Source of the DNA: Anthoceros angustus
Lineage: Eukaryota; Plantae; Anthocerotophyta
Length of the DNA stretch: 64,000 bases
Direction: 5' to 3'
Assembly (NCBI GenBank): GCA_010909165.1
Contig: MU008166.1
Location: 1,054,001-1,118,000, forward strand
The translations under genes were made by a program, and so were the position numbers. The notes under the pieces are model-generated. The model was not told the DNA's origin, did not search any database, and worked only from the letters and a program-made list of their open reading frames with translations. Positions 24,189 through 37,599 of the stretch are shown here, in pieces (position 1 is the stretch's first letter; every line of letters begins with the position of its first letter).

Positions 24189-27100
24189 GGCAATATTGTA
24201 TGCAAGGCACTACTTGAAGGGAGTCCCACAGTACATTCCACGGCTATGCAGCTTCACAACCCCTTCCTTTCCTTTCCTTTTCCTTTCGCTTCGCTTCCCT
24301 TCCCTTCCTTTCCATTCCACGCCCCGCCCATCATCATGGCATCTCGTCCCATGGCCGACGTCCAGGACCACTCCAGTAGAAGCTGGTGTACATACCACTA
24401 CCACGCACACCGAGGATGGATCGGGGAAGAGGGGGAGCATGTACACACACACACACATCCATACACACAACCCAACAAGCGCAGATCTGGTGTCATGAAA
24501 CCCGTGCTCCAGCAGCGAGCTTACCCAACACCGACAAAAACAACCCACCAAATTAGCCCTTAAGCATCGAACACCGCACCCACCAAATTCGAGGATGCCT
24601 ACTAATAGCCCATCCCTCTTCCCTCGACAAGAATCCACCATTTTAAGCACGTCGACAAAACCCACAACGATCGGGAACGCAACCCACCAAACATAGGCAA
24701 CCATCGATGCCCTAGGCCCAAACAGCTTCAAACGACTCCATCTAATCTAATCCCTCCATCGACAGAACGGTCTCCCACCCCACCAAATCCGAGCACCCGC
24801 TATGATGTAAGCAACCCAGCAGCAGCATGATCCGTGTCCATAACAAGACCCACAAACGTAACAACGCCAGCACATGCCCAAGTGCCCAAATGGGGCCCGG
24901 CCTGGCCCGGCCCGGCCCGGGTAGCAGAGTGCAGTGCTGAAGATTAGGTCGTTGAGCCCTTGATCTGGGACAGCCTGCCTTGAAGACGGTGCAGTGCATC
25001 GGGTCCTGGCCTGAAGTAGTGGGAGTCTTATTACACGGCCGCGACGGACGGACACACTAGCGTCCAAGTTTGGCAGCAGCATTTGGAGGGCCTCCTAACC
25101 TGCGCCCTGTCCACAGACACAGGCCGTAGGTAAGTACTTACTCCAACATCACATAAGTAGCAGGCAGGCAAACTCTGGCCGGAACAGGACCGGACCTGGG
25201 ACCTCCAGCTTCCCCTCGTCTCTGCTCCACGAGCGGTTATCGGCGATGGAAGGTGGAAGAGCAGCGTGTCTGGAGCAGAATCGAAGCAGGTGTCCGCGCG
25301 ACGGGGAACAAGCCTCGCCCTAACCCCCGCTAAAACCCCCGCTAAACTTGGCGGCCGCACGCCTGTAGGCTTCAGAGGGAACACCGGCCCGGTTAACGGC
25401 ATGCCGGGCAAATGATAAGTAACCCTGGACCGCCCTGAACCCTGGCCGGGGTCCGGTTAGGGTTTCCCCCCGATGATTCGTCTCCTCGATGCGCTTCCTG
25501 CCGGCCTAGCAACAGCAGCGCTGAATGATTGGAGGCCTTGATGGAAACAAGCGATGGCCCGGTCTTCCTGCCCCTCCATGGCGTCCATGTGGATCGCGCC
25601 TAGAACCAAGCGCCCAGGATCGGGCCTCAACTCGCAGTTAAATTTTTTAACTCCTGATTCGAGTTTGTGGCAGCGGCATTCATTATCGTTGGGCGGTGCT
25701 GTACGCCGGGTGCATTATGGAGCAGGAATTTTGAGGGCGCGAGGTTGGGTGGTGCATTCAAGGCCGCCCATCAACACCTTTGACTCAATGCTGCCGTTCA
25801 AGACTAGACAATGCATTCTTTTCTCCTTCCTTCGCCCACGCAATGCGCCAATGGAGTAGAGCCCGCCCGGGAGCCCAGGCCAGGCCGTATCCCTTCCACC
25901 TCCACCTTTCTGCATCCTTCCGGTGGATATCCTCCTGGGAATCAAAGAGATTTGCAATGGATTGCACCTTTCCCACTCTCTTACACACACTACACTTACA
26001 CGCTGTACATTGTTAAGCGTTTTATATACCTACATAAAATAATAACCCAGATGCTCTCGGTGCTGCACCCAGTACTGGGCGAGTCTGTCCTCCGCCCCGT
26101 CCCGTCCCGTCTCGCCCCGTTCCGTCCCGTCCCGTCCCGTCCCGTCCGGGCCTGCTAACCTGCGGGCACGCTTAACTGCGCTGTCTGGGCGGGAGGCAAC
26201 CAAACCGAACCCCACCTCTGCCTGCCGTCGACGCGTGTGCTGCAATCCACTTGATCACAGTGACAGTTGCAGGAGTTCCGTGTGTGGCTCTGCGGATTAG
26301 GACGGCGACGTGACCGGAAACGGCCTGCATCGGTCACATCGTGCGATTCGAATCCGCCTCTCCTTTCGCTCTCGCCGCTGTCGTGCGGCTAAGTGTGGGT
26401 GGAAGTGGAAATGGAAATGCTCCAACCCAGAGCCCCAAGCCCAAAGCCCAATGCCCAATGCCCAAAGCCCAAAGAATACGTGGTCGTTACAAAACGTCCT
26501 CGATACCATACCGTGTAGGAGAGATATACGTATGGCTGTATGTTACATTCGTACAGTATGTCGGCAGGTGTAGAAGGAGGGGGAGGGGAGAGGAAGGTGC
26601 GGCGAAGATTCCCGAGGAGCAGGGTGGTGGGGGGCAGGATTAGGCCGCCTCAGGTAATGATTAGCTGGTCAAAGCATGGGCGAGGGAAGTCAAGACGGTT
26701 ACGAGCTTTGATTTGGAGCTAAATCCAACGATCTTGTACGCATGATATGTGCATCATCACATGCAGACGCACGGGGCTTTCACACCACCGCGTACCCACC
26801 TCAAAAATGTCCTCAACGCGGCGCGCCGACGGCGGAATCTGTGGCGAAACCACTGTACAGTACACGCGCTGTCCCGCCACCCGCGCCCTCCGCTTTTATT
26901 AAACCCCGATTACCCCTGGCCCGGACCCGATTAAACCGAGGCGGTGTCGGGCAGCGGGCAGCGGCCCGCCTGCCCGTGCGGGGCCCGCCACTTCGCCGTA
27001 CTCCCGTTGACTTTTTGCCTCCAGGGCCGGGGGCCCGTTTGCCCGTTTGCCCGTTTGCTCATATAGAAATGAGCCCGAGACGAATTTCGGGAATGGGCGC

Positions 27101-29692
27101 AAGGAAAATTTTGGTGGGCTCCTTTCCTTTTGAACAAAGCTTTACGCGCATTCCCCGTAGCCTGTACTTGTACTCCAGACATACATTCATATGCCTCTTC
27201 TTGTTGTTGCAAACGAAAAGGAAGAGAAGAGAAGAAAAGAAAAGGCTACTAGGTTAGCCCACAAGGAGCACCCATAATTTTCAAGTGCTCACTTGCTTGT
27301 TTGTATGTGCTAGCGATAGGTTTATGGTTGAACAAGGGTATTTCGTATACCGAGTGTCGGAAATCGGGAAGCAACGCGGTATTGTGGTTAGGAGTGAAAA
27401 TACTTTGTGCAGCAATGCTTGTGCAGCATTTGTTTATGCTGGCAAGGCAAGGCAACGGGACGGTGGGGCGTGAGGATCATGATTGGGGCGTGAGAGAGCC
27501 TGAGGCCCCGGGGCATCTTGAGGGGAATCAGCAGAGAGCGGCGTGGGGAAACGTGACGGGTAACGGGGCGTGCTTATTATTATTAGCTTACGCAACATAG
27601 TGGGCGTTAAGATACTTTTAGGGCAGGGAGTAATCGTAATCGGGGTTACGCGTGTCGCGGGGCTTCTCTCCCCTCTCTCATGGCTGGCCTGACGTTTTCC
27701 CCCTCTCTCTACCGTCTCTCTCTAGACGCAGCAGAGGCCAGGGCCTGCCTCCTCCCTTTTTCCCCCCTTCCGCCTCACTCAAGTCCTCTTTCGCTCCCCT
27801 CGGGCACGCACTCTCGCCTCGCTCGCCTCTTCGTTTCTCGCTGTCTCGCTCCCTCGCTCCCTCGCTCGCCGCTGCTTCTGCTTCTGCTGCTGCCGACGAC
27901 GGGCCGGCTCTTTGCCTTTGCCTCGGTCTTCGCCTTTTTCCTGCCTTCCGCCATCGCCACGCCGCTGCCTTGCTTCCCCTTTTGTTGCCTCGCTGTCCTG
28001 GCTTCATCTTCCTGGCACCCGCCATCCCAGTGTGGCCCCTAATTCTCTCGCTCACGCCTCCCTCTCGCTCCTATTTATCCCATGCTCCCGCTCCCCCTTC
28101 CTCTTTCAGTGTCGCCCTCCGCTCCTCGCCCTCCCCTCCTGCGCCTCCCGCTTTGAGTGTCCCCCTTGCTGCACTCTGTGTGGCTTGTTTGTGTGTTTGT
28201 GTTTGTTTGCGTTGTTAGAGGCCCTCGCCTCTGCTTGTGCCTTCCTGCAATTCCGTGCCCCGTTGCGTTCCCCTCCCGCCCGCCGTCTTCCGCTCTAGAG
28301 CCCCCCTGAATTCGGGGCGGAAGGGAATTTGGGTCCCGGTGCTGGTGCTGTTGCTGCTCCCGCATCGTGAGAGCTTGCCGCCTCCTTCTGCTCACTCTCT
28401 ACCTGTCATTACCGGAATTGCCTTGTCCTTCCGCTTTGCTGAGGGGAAGAAGCCGCCTTTTCTGCCTGTTTCCGGAGGAGGTTTCAGCTCTGTCAAGTTG
28501 CTGCACTCTCTGCTTCGCCGGGCTGGGCCGGGCTACCTTTCCTTGGTTCCACCGCGGTCCTCTCCTGCACGCTCTGTGAGAGTCGAATTGGAGGGAGGGG
28601 CTTTGCTCTTGAGCTTCCCGTGATTATGGATGGCAACATAAGCTTCGGTTTCACGCCCTCCAAGAGACAGCCATGACCGGAAGCAAGCTCTGAGCGCGTT
28701 CATTTCATCTCGCCCTGGTAGTGGTAGTTAGGAGTGTGGAGCGGTAGCTCGCATTCTTGGGATTGAGTCCAGGCTGCCCTTTGCGCCCTCGTCTTATCCG
28801 GCGGCATCCGACTCTTGACGGAGCCGGAGGAGGATATACGCGGATTCTCAGCTTCAGGGGGTGAGCTTGAGAGCGCCGGGGTTGCGAGGGGACGTTGCTG
28901 GAATTTGGTGTGTGTGAAGGCCAGGGGTTTGGCATTGTCTTGGGCTCGGAGCTTCGCTCTCAAGGAAAGGGGGGTGGAGAACCAGTTACCTCATCTGTTC
29001 GCTCTATTGTGATGGTCAATCTGCGATTGCCCAAGCCTTCGCTGTCATCGCCGCCTCGCAGAGGTCGTGGGGGAATCGGCAGCGATTGCTCAATGAACTT
29101 CTTGCTGCTCATTGACAATAACCACAAGCTGGGCTTCTCTCTCACCAGGATTTCTTACTGGGAAAACCGCTCATTCCCGAAGAAATTATGCCTCAGTAGA
29201 TTCACTGGATAGCTACCCTTACAATGTACATAACTTCCCTTGCATAGCGTAGCTTCTCCTCTTTGCCGTAGCTAGGTCTTTGCTTTCCCTTGCTCTCCCA
29301 CCACTCTCCCCTCTCTTGTCTGTATAATATGGCTGTTTTGGTTTTGCGTGTTGTTGTGTACATACTGCACTAGTAGTAGGAGCGTCTGTCTGTCTGTCTG
29401 TCCGTGTTTGTGTCATTCATGCTTCTTCGAGGGTCGGGAGTACAGTGTATGTGGAGTCCGAGTGACCTGAGCGCTCCTCCATCTACCCTTCCTCCTCTGA
29501 TATCCTAGTCGAAGCCATTTGATCTGTCTTGCCAAGTGACACAGGATCAAGAATAAGGGACAAGCCAGGCATGTGATTGAACCTTGTCGAGCCCTTCGAT
29601 CAACCTTTTTCTCTCCAATTCTTGATAGCTGGTCTGGTAGCAGCCCCTAGTGCTAAATTCTTCTTGGCAGCTTCACCTGAGGCTCTTGTTCC

Positions 29693-31438
29693 ATGGCTGC
29701 TACTGTTGCTGTTGCTGTTGGGAGTGTGGTGGTTAAGGACAGCCAGATGGACCTCCCCCCTGGATTCCGGTTCCATCCCACCGACGAAGAGCTGGTGACA
29801 TACTATCTGGTGAACAAGGTGGCCACCAGCGCATTCAAGCCGCATGCCATCGCTGAGGTGGACCTCAACCGATGCGAACCCTGGGACCTACCTGGTAAGT
29901 TGCCAATCCGACACCATACCATCCTCGTGAGCTTGATTCTCGGGAGTTTGAATGCGAGAAAAGATTGTGTCGGATGTTGACGTTGGTGAGCATTTGTGGT
30001 GTGTCTACGCTGCAGGCAAGGCGCAAATGGGGGAGAAGGAGTGGTATTTTTTCAGCCTTCGGGACCGAAAGTACCCAACAGGGATGCGCACCAACCGGGC
30101 CACGGACAAAGGCTACTGGAAAGCTACTGGCAAGGACCGCGACGTGATGAAGGCCGGAAGCTTGGTGGGCATGAAGAAAACGTTAGTGTTCTACAGGGGC
30201 CGCGCCCCCCGCGGCGAGAAGACCAATTGGATAATGCACGAATACCGTCTGGAACGCGATGGCCTTGGCCTTGTTGCAGCCATGCGCCCCCACAAGGTCT
30301 CTTCCAAGGTCCGCATCCTTCGTACTTGTTCATGCTCGCAGCATGTCATGTGTTGTCATGTTGGGCTTCTCAAGCTCATGTGTTGTGATGTGTGTTTGTT
30401 TGTGATGGCAGGATGAGTGGGTGGTGTGTCGGATCTTCCAGAAGCATTCCGGGGGGAAGAAGAGCACAAACGATGCCATGCTGGACCACTACGGGGAGCC
30501 AACCTCTCCCCTCAATGACCAGCCCGACCTGGATGACGATGGCATGACCAACAACAGCATGAGCCCTTATCCCAACCGAGTCACCAGCTTCGGGCAGCTG
30601 GTGCCCTCTCCCAAGACCCAGAAGGATGTCACTTTGCATGAGATCAACTCCTTCAATGTAAGTTCAGGACTCCCGTCACTTTCCTTTCTATACATGCTTC
30701 TTTCTGTCATGGCAACACGATGTGGGCTGTGGCTCATGTATGTGTATCCATGTGGGTGGTGAGCAGAGCACGATGGGGATGAACGTGAGGGGATACAACC
30801 CGGGGTACCCATCATCCAACTTTCCGGCCACCAACAACACGGCGACCCTGTCGCCCACGACGGGCCCGCTGTCATCGGACATGAGTTCCACCATGGCGTC
30901 AAACTATGACATGTCTGCCGGCCTGGTGAACGTGTCTGTGCCTCAGGGCTTCAGCGGCCAGTTCGGGTACCTGAACCAGCTGCTGGTGCAGGGGCAGGGA
31001 CAGGGACAGGGCACCCATCTCGGCGTGCTGAGGCCTTGCAAGCAGGAGCCGGCGTACATCCCCCTGAACACGCTGGGCGAGGATGAGGCCCTCAGCGGGC
31101 GGACCTCCAGCCCGGGCATCCTGCTGGACCACAGCATCAGTCCCACCAGCCAGGGCTGGATTCCCACCGCCAACGACGGCCTGCAGCACCACCACCACCA
31201 CCACCAGCACCTCTACGGGGCAGAGCTTCCTCCCGCTCGCCTGGGCCTTCACAACAACCGGCAGCACATCACGCCTGAGCACCTGGCGGTGGTCTTCCCG
31301 GAGTCCAGCTGTGTGACGGAGGTGGTGAACGACCATCACTTCAGGCACATTACGGGGTCCCGTTATCTGGCAGATGCATCCGGCGCAGTCGGGGTGGGCG
31401 ACATGCCCGACTGGAACTTCGTGGCGGCAGCTTCCTAA
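29693..31438 (+). CDS. NAC transcription factor, CUC/NAM/ORE1 clade; exons about 29693-29894, 30016-30296 (or 30308), 30412-30657, 30767-31438
   Basis: [36 protein letters not shown]|[71 protein letters not shown]|[11 protein letters not shown] give all NAC subdomains A-E. GT-AG introns keep frame. Confidence 0.95.
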
Positions 31439-33549
31439 GATGTGGATGTGGCGGCAGCCTCCTGCTGCATCCATGGAGATGGTTGCCTGTGATACTGTTT
31501 ATCTAACTACTACTACTACTAGCTATGTAAAGTTGGTTGCTTGACGGGAGAAGGTGGGCGTCCTGCATTCACCTGTGGATGCAGGGGAGGGCTGTGTGAC
31601 GTGCGTGCAGATTTTTTTTTTTTTCTCATGATGGAGGAGCTGGGCACTGGTGCTATGAAGAGATGGGTTCCCTGGTCATTCGATCGAGTTCGGGTCTTGA
31701 ACTGTGAGATCGAGCTAACCATTGGTGATATTGATGGTCTAGACTTTCGGGCTCTTATGGCTGCCTTATTTTGCGCGATTGTGTCACATTGGGAAGCTCC
31801 ATTTTGGGCTACAGGAGCTCCGTCTTGGAGCATATGTATGGTACTGTGAACAGCTGCCGGGTATATCACGACAGGTGGATGGGGCCAGCTATGCGGCATC
31901 GGGCTGGCAGGGCTGAAGCGAAGCTGACGAACAACAACACGAACACCGAGTATTATATCAAGTTACATACAGACAGGGATGGGTCCTTTGGGTTGGATTG
32001 CGATCTCTCTCTCTTCTCTCTGCAAGGTGGTATGCTTGTAGGTAGAGAGGCCGTAGAATGAAAGATGAATGAATGCTTAGACACTATGTGCGTCCCGTTG
32101 TACAAAGACCTCTTCTGCACATCATGTGAGAGTCTCGCTGCTCTCACGGACCTTGAAGAGCCCGGACTCGAACTTGATCATCAGTAGCCGAAGTTAGAGG
32201 ATTAGCAAGGCCCAGCGATGGGCCAGACTTCAGTACCCTGGTTCACCTTCACTGCTCCCTCCCCCGGGATTGCTGACTGGTGACTGATGACTCGTGATAT
32301 CTGCAGGACATGTACATTTTTGCTTGCTCGCAGGACTTTGTACATTTCTTCCTGGACACGGCCAGCTTGTTAGTGTGAGACTGGTCCAAAACGATTTATG
32401 TCCATAATCATTGTTGAATTTCCACAAACTTGTTATTTCACTTGATACATACATCCTATCTCTGGCACACGGTCCAACTCTTGTGGGGCGCCTGTCTTTG
32501 TCACAAGTTAGAAGTGAACCTGTCATTATCCAGCTCTATGACGTGAAACTGTCATTCAATCTAGGCCAAATTCACAAAATCCTCTAGGGAGCAATATGTC
32601 ATACTATCAACGACTTACAAATACATTGAAGAGACTCCTCAATTTTCAAAGAGAAGCTTTGTTGAATCTAATACATTTAGAAGCAAGACTCTTTAAAGCA
32701 TGACACATGTCCTTTAAAAATCAGAATAAAAAAGAACAATATTGCTGATTCCTTTGTATCAAAAGAACATGGATATTCAAACAAGAGATCACAAAATCAT
32801 AAGTGTGTGTTGCAAGGGACGGACAAAGCCATACAAAATCATACTCATTGCAAAGGACGGAGAAGCCTATTTCATAGTGGTGTAAACACCAAGGAGGAAG
32901 CTCTACTAAGGATGCAGCCATTTCCGCCGGACTACATCCTCGACCGACCCAAATAAGAAATAAGAAGATTCTTACCTGCTGAAAAAATACAGCCATGGGA
33001 AAGAGCCTCAACAAGCATTTACACCTTCATGCGAACAACTTGTGTCCTTCCAAAATTAAAATAAAAGATCGCGGGGGCTAGTCCCCTTTGGCTTTGTGCT
33101 CCCTTAAGGGTTGTTCCCCTCCATTTTGGTGTAGCTGGGATTTCCCATCTCTTTTTACTACATGAAGTCTCCGTTGTTCCAAATAAAAGATAAGCTTGAG
33201 AACTCATGGCACACGTGAAAAGCTTAGCCATTTGATGTGCTGAACTTCAAAACATTGGAAGAATTGAGATGCATAACAGCATAGCATTCGGAATGTAGCA
33301 TAGAGAAATGCACAAAATACTTGCTTCAAGACACGGCTAACAAATCAATATTGTTGGTGGAGCAACCCTAATTCTTGGCGTAAAGGAGTCTTTATAATGT
33401 AGAATAAAGAGATGGAAAATCCCATCTACCTTGAAACGACGAGGAACAACCCTCAAGAGGGCATCAAGCCAAGGGGAACTAGCCCCCACGATCGCCCATT
33501 TTGAAATAACATACTACTCCGAGAATGTCGTGGTCTAGGATATGAAAGG

Positions 33550-34170
33550 GCCTACCTACCACTGGTGCCGAAGATGTGGCATCCCCTTCGCTTGCTGCCG
33601 TCCTGTACACTGCGTTGGCGCCCTTTGTAGGGCGATGGACAGCCGTTGCCTGAAGAATGCACCACACAAGAAAGGGGGAGACCAACCCCATTCTTATGGC
33701 TATGGTAAGCCTTGGCACAGGCCTTGATAAACCAGGAGAAATCTTTATCCATGGCCCCGTGGGTCAAGACTTGATAGCAAGGGGGATGAATTTTTCTTTC
33801 CTACATGGGTGAGTACTTGAAAACCTTAGCTGTCGCGTATCCCTCTGGCGCCCAACCCGGAGGGTTGATGATAACATGCTCACAAACAGTGTCCCGAGTA
33901 GGATATTTTACAACCACATCCGCAATAGAAACCTAGTCTTCATGGGCCAAAAACAGATCAGACATGAGAGAAACACCATTGGGCAGACCATATGGGCACT
34001 CCCTATAGGGCAAGAACCTGCTCTCTTTCATCATCGAGAACATGACATCGCGGACCACGTGATGCGTAGCGATGGGCTGCCCGCCAGCGGGGCATCGAGC
34101 TAGGTAGGTCCTAGAGTCGACGAGGGGGACTCCACAACTACAAGACAAGAGTGTTGAGATAGCATCCCTA
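33550..34170 (-). mobile_element. Degenerate 3' fragment of a non-LTR retrotransposon with restriction-like endonuclease (CRE/NeSL-like)
   Basis: CSCG...ARC...HHVVRD (zinc-knuckle region), RE.P, SDL, IADVVV, AK.FKY, KFIPLA match the PD-(D/E)xK RLE C-terminus of early-branching non-LTR elements. Stops and frameshifts are present. Confidence 0.7.
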
Positions 34171-34728
34171 GCCCACTAGCTCACTAGTTTATTTAAGGTT
34201 ACTTAAGTGTGGTTTCAGATAATAGTGTTTAAAACAGGATTTTGATGTATTCATAATTATCATTAATCAAGTGTGTAACAAGAGCAGTTCATGCCTGACT
34301 TCCCAAGTCTTATGCACATGGTATCACAACTTCCTAATGGGCATTGATCCACATTCCACAACGCGCGAATGAATGCAATGCTATAGAAGTGTGGATGCCT
34401 ATCATGCTGATGATGCGCTGCACCGGGTTGTCCGAATTCTCACGTCATTTTTAAAACATGACAAGAAGGAGAGGGAACGGTCCCCGACGTTGGCTTCCTC
34501 CTGCCGAGCGAATTCATGGACAATCCCCTCCTAATTCAAGGTTCAGGCGCCCCGCAGTCACGATCATCCTCCGTATCTCCTTGCCGACAATTGGGCACGG
34601 AGAGACAGCTTTCTTGGCAGAGGCATCTAGGCTCCTATCCGTCAGCAAAATCCTGAGCGTATAGCTCATGCAAATGCGCCACATTTAGGAGCTATACACC
34701 GCATCAACACAAGGTTGGATGCGATCAC

Positions 34729-37410
34729 AGTTGGAATATAAGGCAGACCACGTGGTTCTGTATCACGTTGTTTCTGAGAGGGAGAGTTGGAATATAAGGC
34801 AGACCACGTGGTTCTGTATCACGTTGTTTACGAGAGGAGTTGGAATATAAGGCGGACCACGTGGTTACGTATCACGTTGTTTACGAGAGGAGAGTTGGAT
34901 ATAAAGGCGGACCACGTGGTTACGTATCACGTTGTTTACGAGAGGAGAGTTGGAATATAAGGCAGACCACGTGGTTCTGTATCACGTTGGTTAGTCTGAC
35001 TAGACCTAGTTATGATTGGTAGTTAATTAACTAACAGGCTAGTTAATAGGATGCACCCCTTCGGTAACCGCTATTTAAGGCCTACCAATGTACCCACCTA
35101 TTCAATTGTTAATAGATCATCTTTGATGCGTCTGCTTCCGCATTAGCAATTCCAACTATCACTCTAGTTCTGCAGAGATTACACGATTGTTTGTTTGAAT
35201 GTAGACAGGAAGCTCTTGCCTCGCGGCAAGCTTCCAGCCCACTGCCCGAGATATAAAGAGGCACGTCGGTAAGGCGTGGAACGCCACCAATAGGCATCCC
35301 TACCCGAGAGACGGTAGAAGGGTCATAAATTAATATTATATGTAGGGTTTTATCTAATTATTAAACCTCATTAAGTGACTCCCTTATTTTAAGAGATATT
35401 TGAGGCTATTATTCCTCCTCCTTATTGTTGTAGCCTGTATCCAAGGTATCATAATACCTTGGATCTGCCTATAATACCAAGATGGCAGGAACAACCCCCT
35501 CCATCAATTCCACGACAACTAATGTGTATCACACCACATAGAGCAGCGCTAAGTTTAGAGAAAGTGACCGTTTTAAAGGCACCAAGTATAACATTTGGGC
35601 TATAAGAATGAGAGCAGCTCTGGATCTTAAAGACTTATAGGAATTCGTCTCTTGGAAGAAGCAAGCCCCCATACCAGGACCTCTGCATCTCGACCGGTCC
35701 CCCCCATCTCAACAAGACATACCAGATGAGTGGAACAAAGGCATCAAGACCGCGAAGCACTTGATCATTTGTAGTCTTGATGAGTCCATGATGGACCACG
35801 CTATAGGCGTAGACATAGCTAAAGAGATTTAGGATGATTTGGCCATCCAGTACAAAGTACAAAACGTTGTGACTTTGGTAGAGGCCAAAGCTATGCTGCA
35901 TGAGGAAACAATGAGGAGATCGAACTCAGGTGGGAGTTCGACCTCAAAGCAACATCAAGATAAGATCCTTCTTTCTGAAAGGAAGGGAAAATGGAACAAG
36001 AAACATGGCAAGTCTAATGCCAATGATAATGGCTAAGGACAAAACAGCAAGAAGACAAAGAAAACTACTTGCAACTGGTGCCTCATCGAAGGCCATTGGG
36101 AGAAAGGCTGCCAAAAGAAAAAGGCAGGGGAGCCTTGGAAGTCCCGACCTTCCGAACCACACCTTGCAGAGAACCCTACACGCACCATCCCTTCAGTGAT
36201 GACTGTGTGTTTTTTCACATCTCGTGGATCAACATCACTTTGGTATCTTGATTCAGGCGCATCCGCCGCTATCTGCAATAATAAAGGTCTATTCACCACT
36301 TTTGTGCCGAACTATTCTGGATAGGTGGTGATTGTCGCTGACGACAAACCTATTGCTATAAAAGGGAAAGGAACCATACAACTACTTACTTCGCTTTGAA
36401 TTGAGTTACTTCTGGAAGATGTGCTCCATGTTCCTTCAATGTCGAAGAACCTTCTTTCTGTTCATGCTCTCACCACAATGTGCAATATACAATTTCTCTT
36501 TACCAATGATGGATGTAAATTGTTTGAGGGTAAGGCCCTAGATCAATGCATATCCATTGGGAGAGCTCACGATGAGCTGTATGTCCTTCAGCTCACTCTT
36601 GTAGTTTCCTCTAGTTGAAGATCTGCTACATGTGATGTAGCACATATGCCAGCAGACACTCTTGTGGCACATGAGACTTGGATACCCTCATTTGCCTAAG
36701 CTCCTGCGACTCTCACAAGGGGATTATTTCAGGGTCAGAGAAGGATTACCCAAGTTAGGAAAACACATGCCGATGTGTGAATCCTGTGTGGTGGGCAAGC
36801 ACAAACAATTGCCCGTTACCAACATAAATGCAACTCAAGCAACTACTTTGCTTGAGTTGATACATGCGGACATCTATGGTCCACTCAGCCAGCCTTCATT
36901 AGGGGGAGCAAAATATTACCTTGTAGTTATTGATAATTTCAGGAGAATGATTCATACTTTCCCTCTGAAGCGGAAGAGTGATGCTATCCACACCTTTTAA
37001 CATTATCTGCGAATGGGTGAATTTGAAATAGCAATGAGGATCTGTTGTTTGAGAACAGATAATAGTGGTGAGTTTGGCTCCAACTATTTTCGAAATCGGT
37101 GTGAGACCCTTGGCATCCAATGGCAACTAACAGTACCTCATACATCTTAGTAAAACGTGTTGCTGAGAAGAAAATAGGTGATATCGGCAATGCAACCCGG
37201 ACCGAGCTTCATGCCTCTGGTCTTCCTAAATCATAATGGGAAGAGGCAATCGTGGCCGCTACATATGTAATTATTCGACTTCATACTACCGATATCCCAC
37301 CTAGTACTACACCATATGAGCTGTGGTATTAAACGAAGCCTGGGGTTGCTCATCTCCAAATATTTGGTAGCCTAGCATGTGCTCTTGCTGCAGTCCAGGT
37401 TAGGCGCAAA
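34729..37410 (+). mobile_element. Ty1/Copia LTR retrotransposon, 5' LTR plus gag-PR-IN, truncated before RT
   Basis: LTR-like 34729-35444 (gttgga...tccaa ends, TATA-like 35071) and degenerate Met PBS 'ggtatca' at 35445. Coding motifs: gag FKGTKYNIWAIRM, knuckle CNWCLIEGHWEKGC, protease WYLDSGAS, LWHMRLGY, CESCVVGK, LELIHADIYGP, LRTDNSGEF, TPYELWY. Multiple stops. Confidence 0.9.
34730..34990 (+). repeat. Five tandem 53-56 bp units in the Copia LTR, each with a G-box
   Basis: 'gttggaatataaggcagaCCACGTGGttctgtatcacgttgttt.cgagagga' repeated five times. Confidence 0.95.
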
Positions 37411-37599
37411 TTAGCAGATTTTTTTTAATATGGTCTATTGTGGCCGGGTGACCCATGTGGCATGTGGTCACTCAAACTTACCTTCAATTACTTATGATTG
37501 ACATGACTTTGCTATGATGTGCGACACTTGAGTTTTTTTTTTGGTTGTTATTGATGTCAATGGTGTTTGTGCCGTGCTCAGATGCATCAATTCACATGC

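Noticed and set aside
24150-24320. miR159/319-like 'ttgaagggag' in a purine/pyrimidine fold-back
   Set aside because: The match is short, and the apparent stem is low-complexity GA versus CT repeat.
34730-34990. Regularly spaced repeats resembling a CRISPR array (also 38832-39120)
   Set aside because: The units are contiguous tandem repeats without unique spacers, in a eukaryotic TE context with no cas genes.
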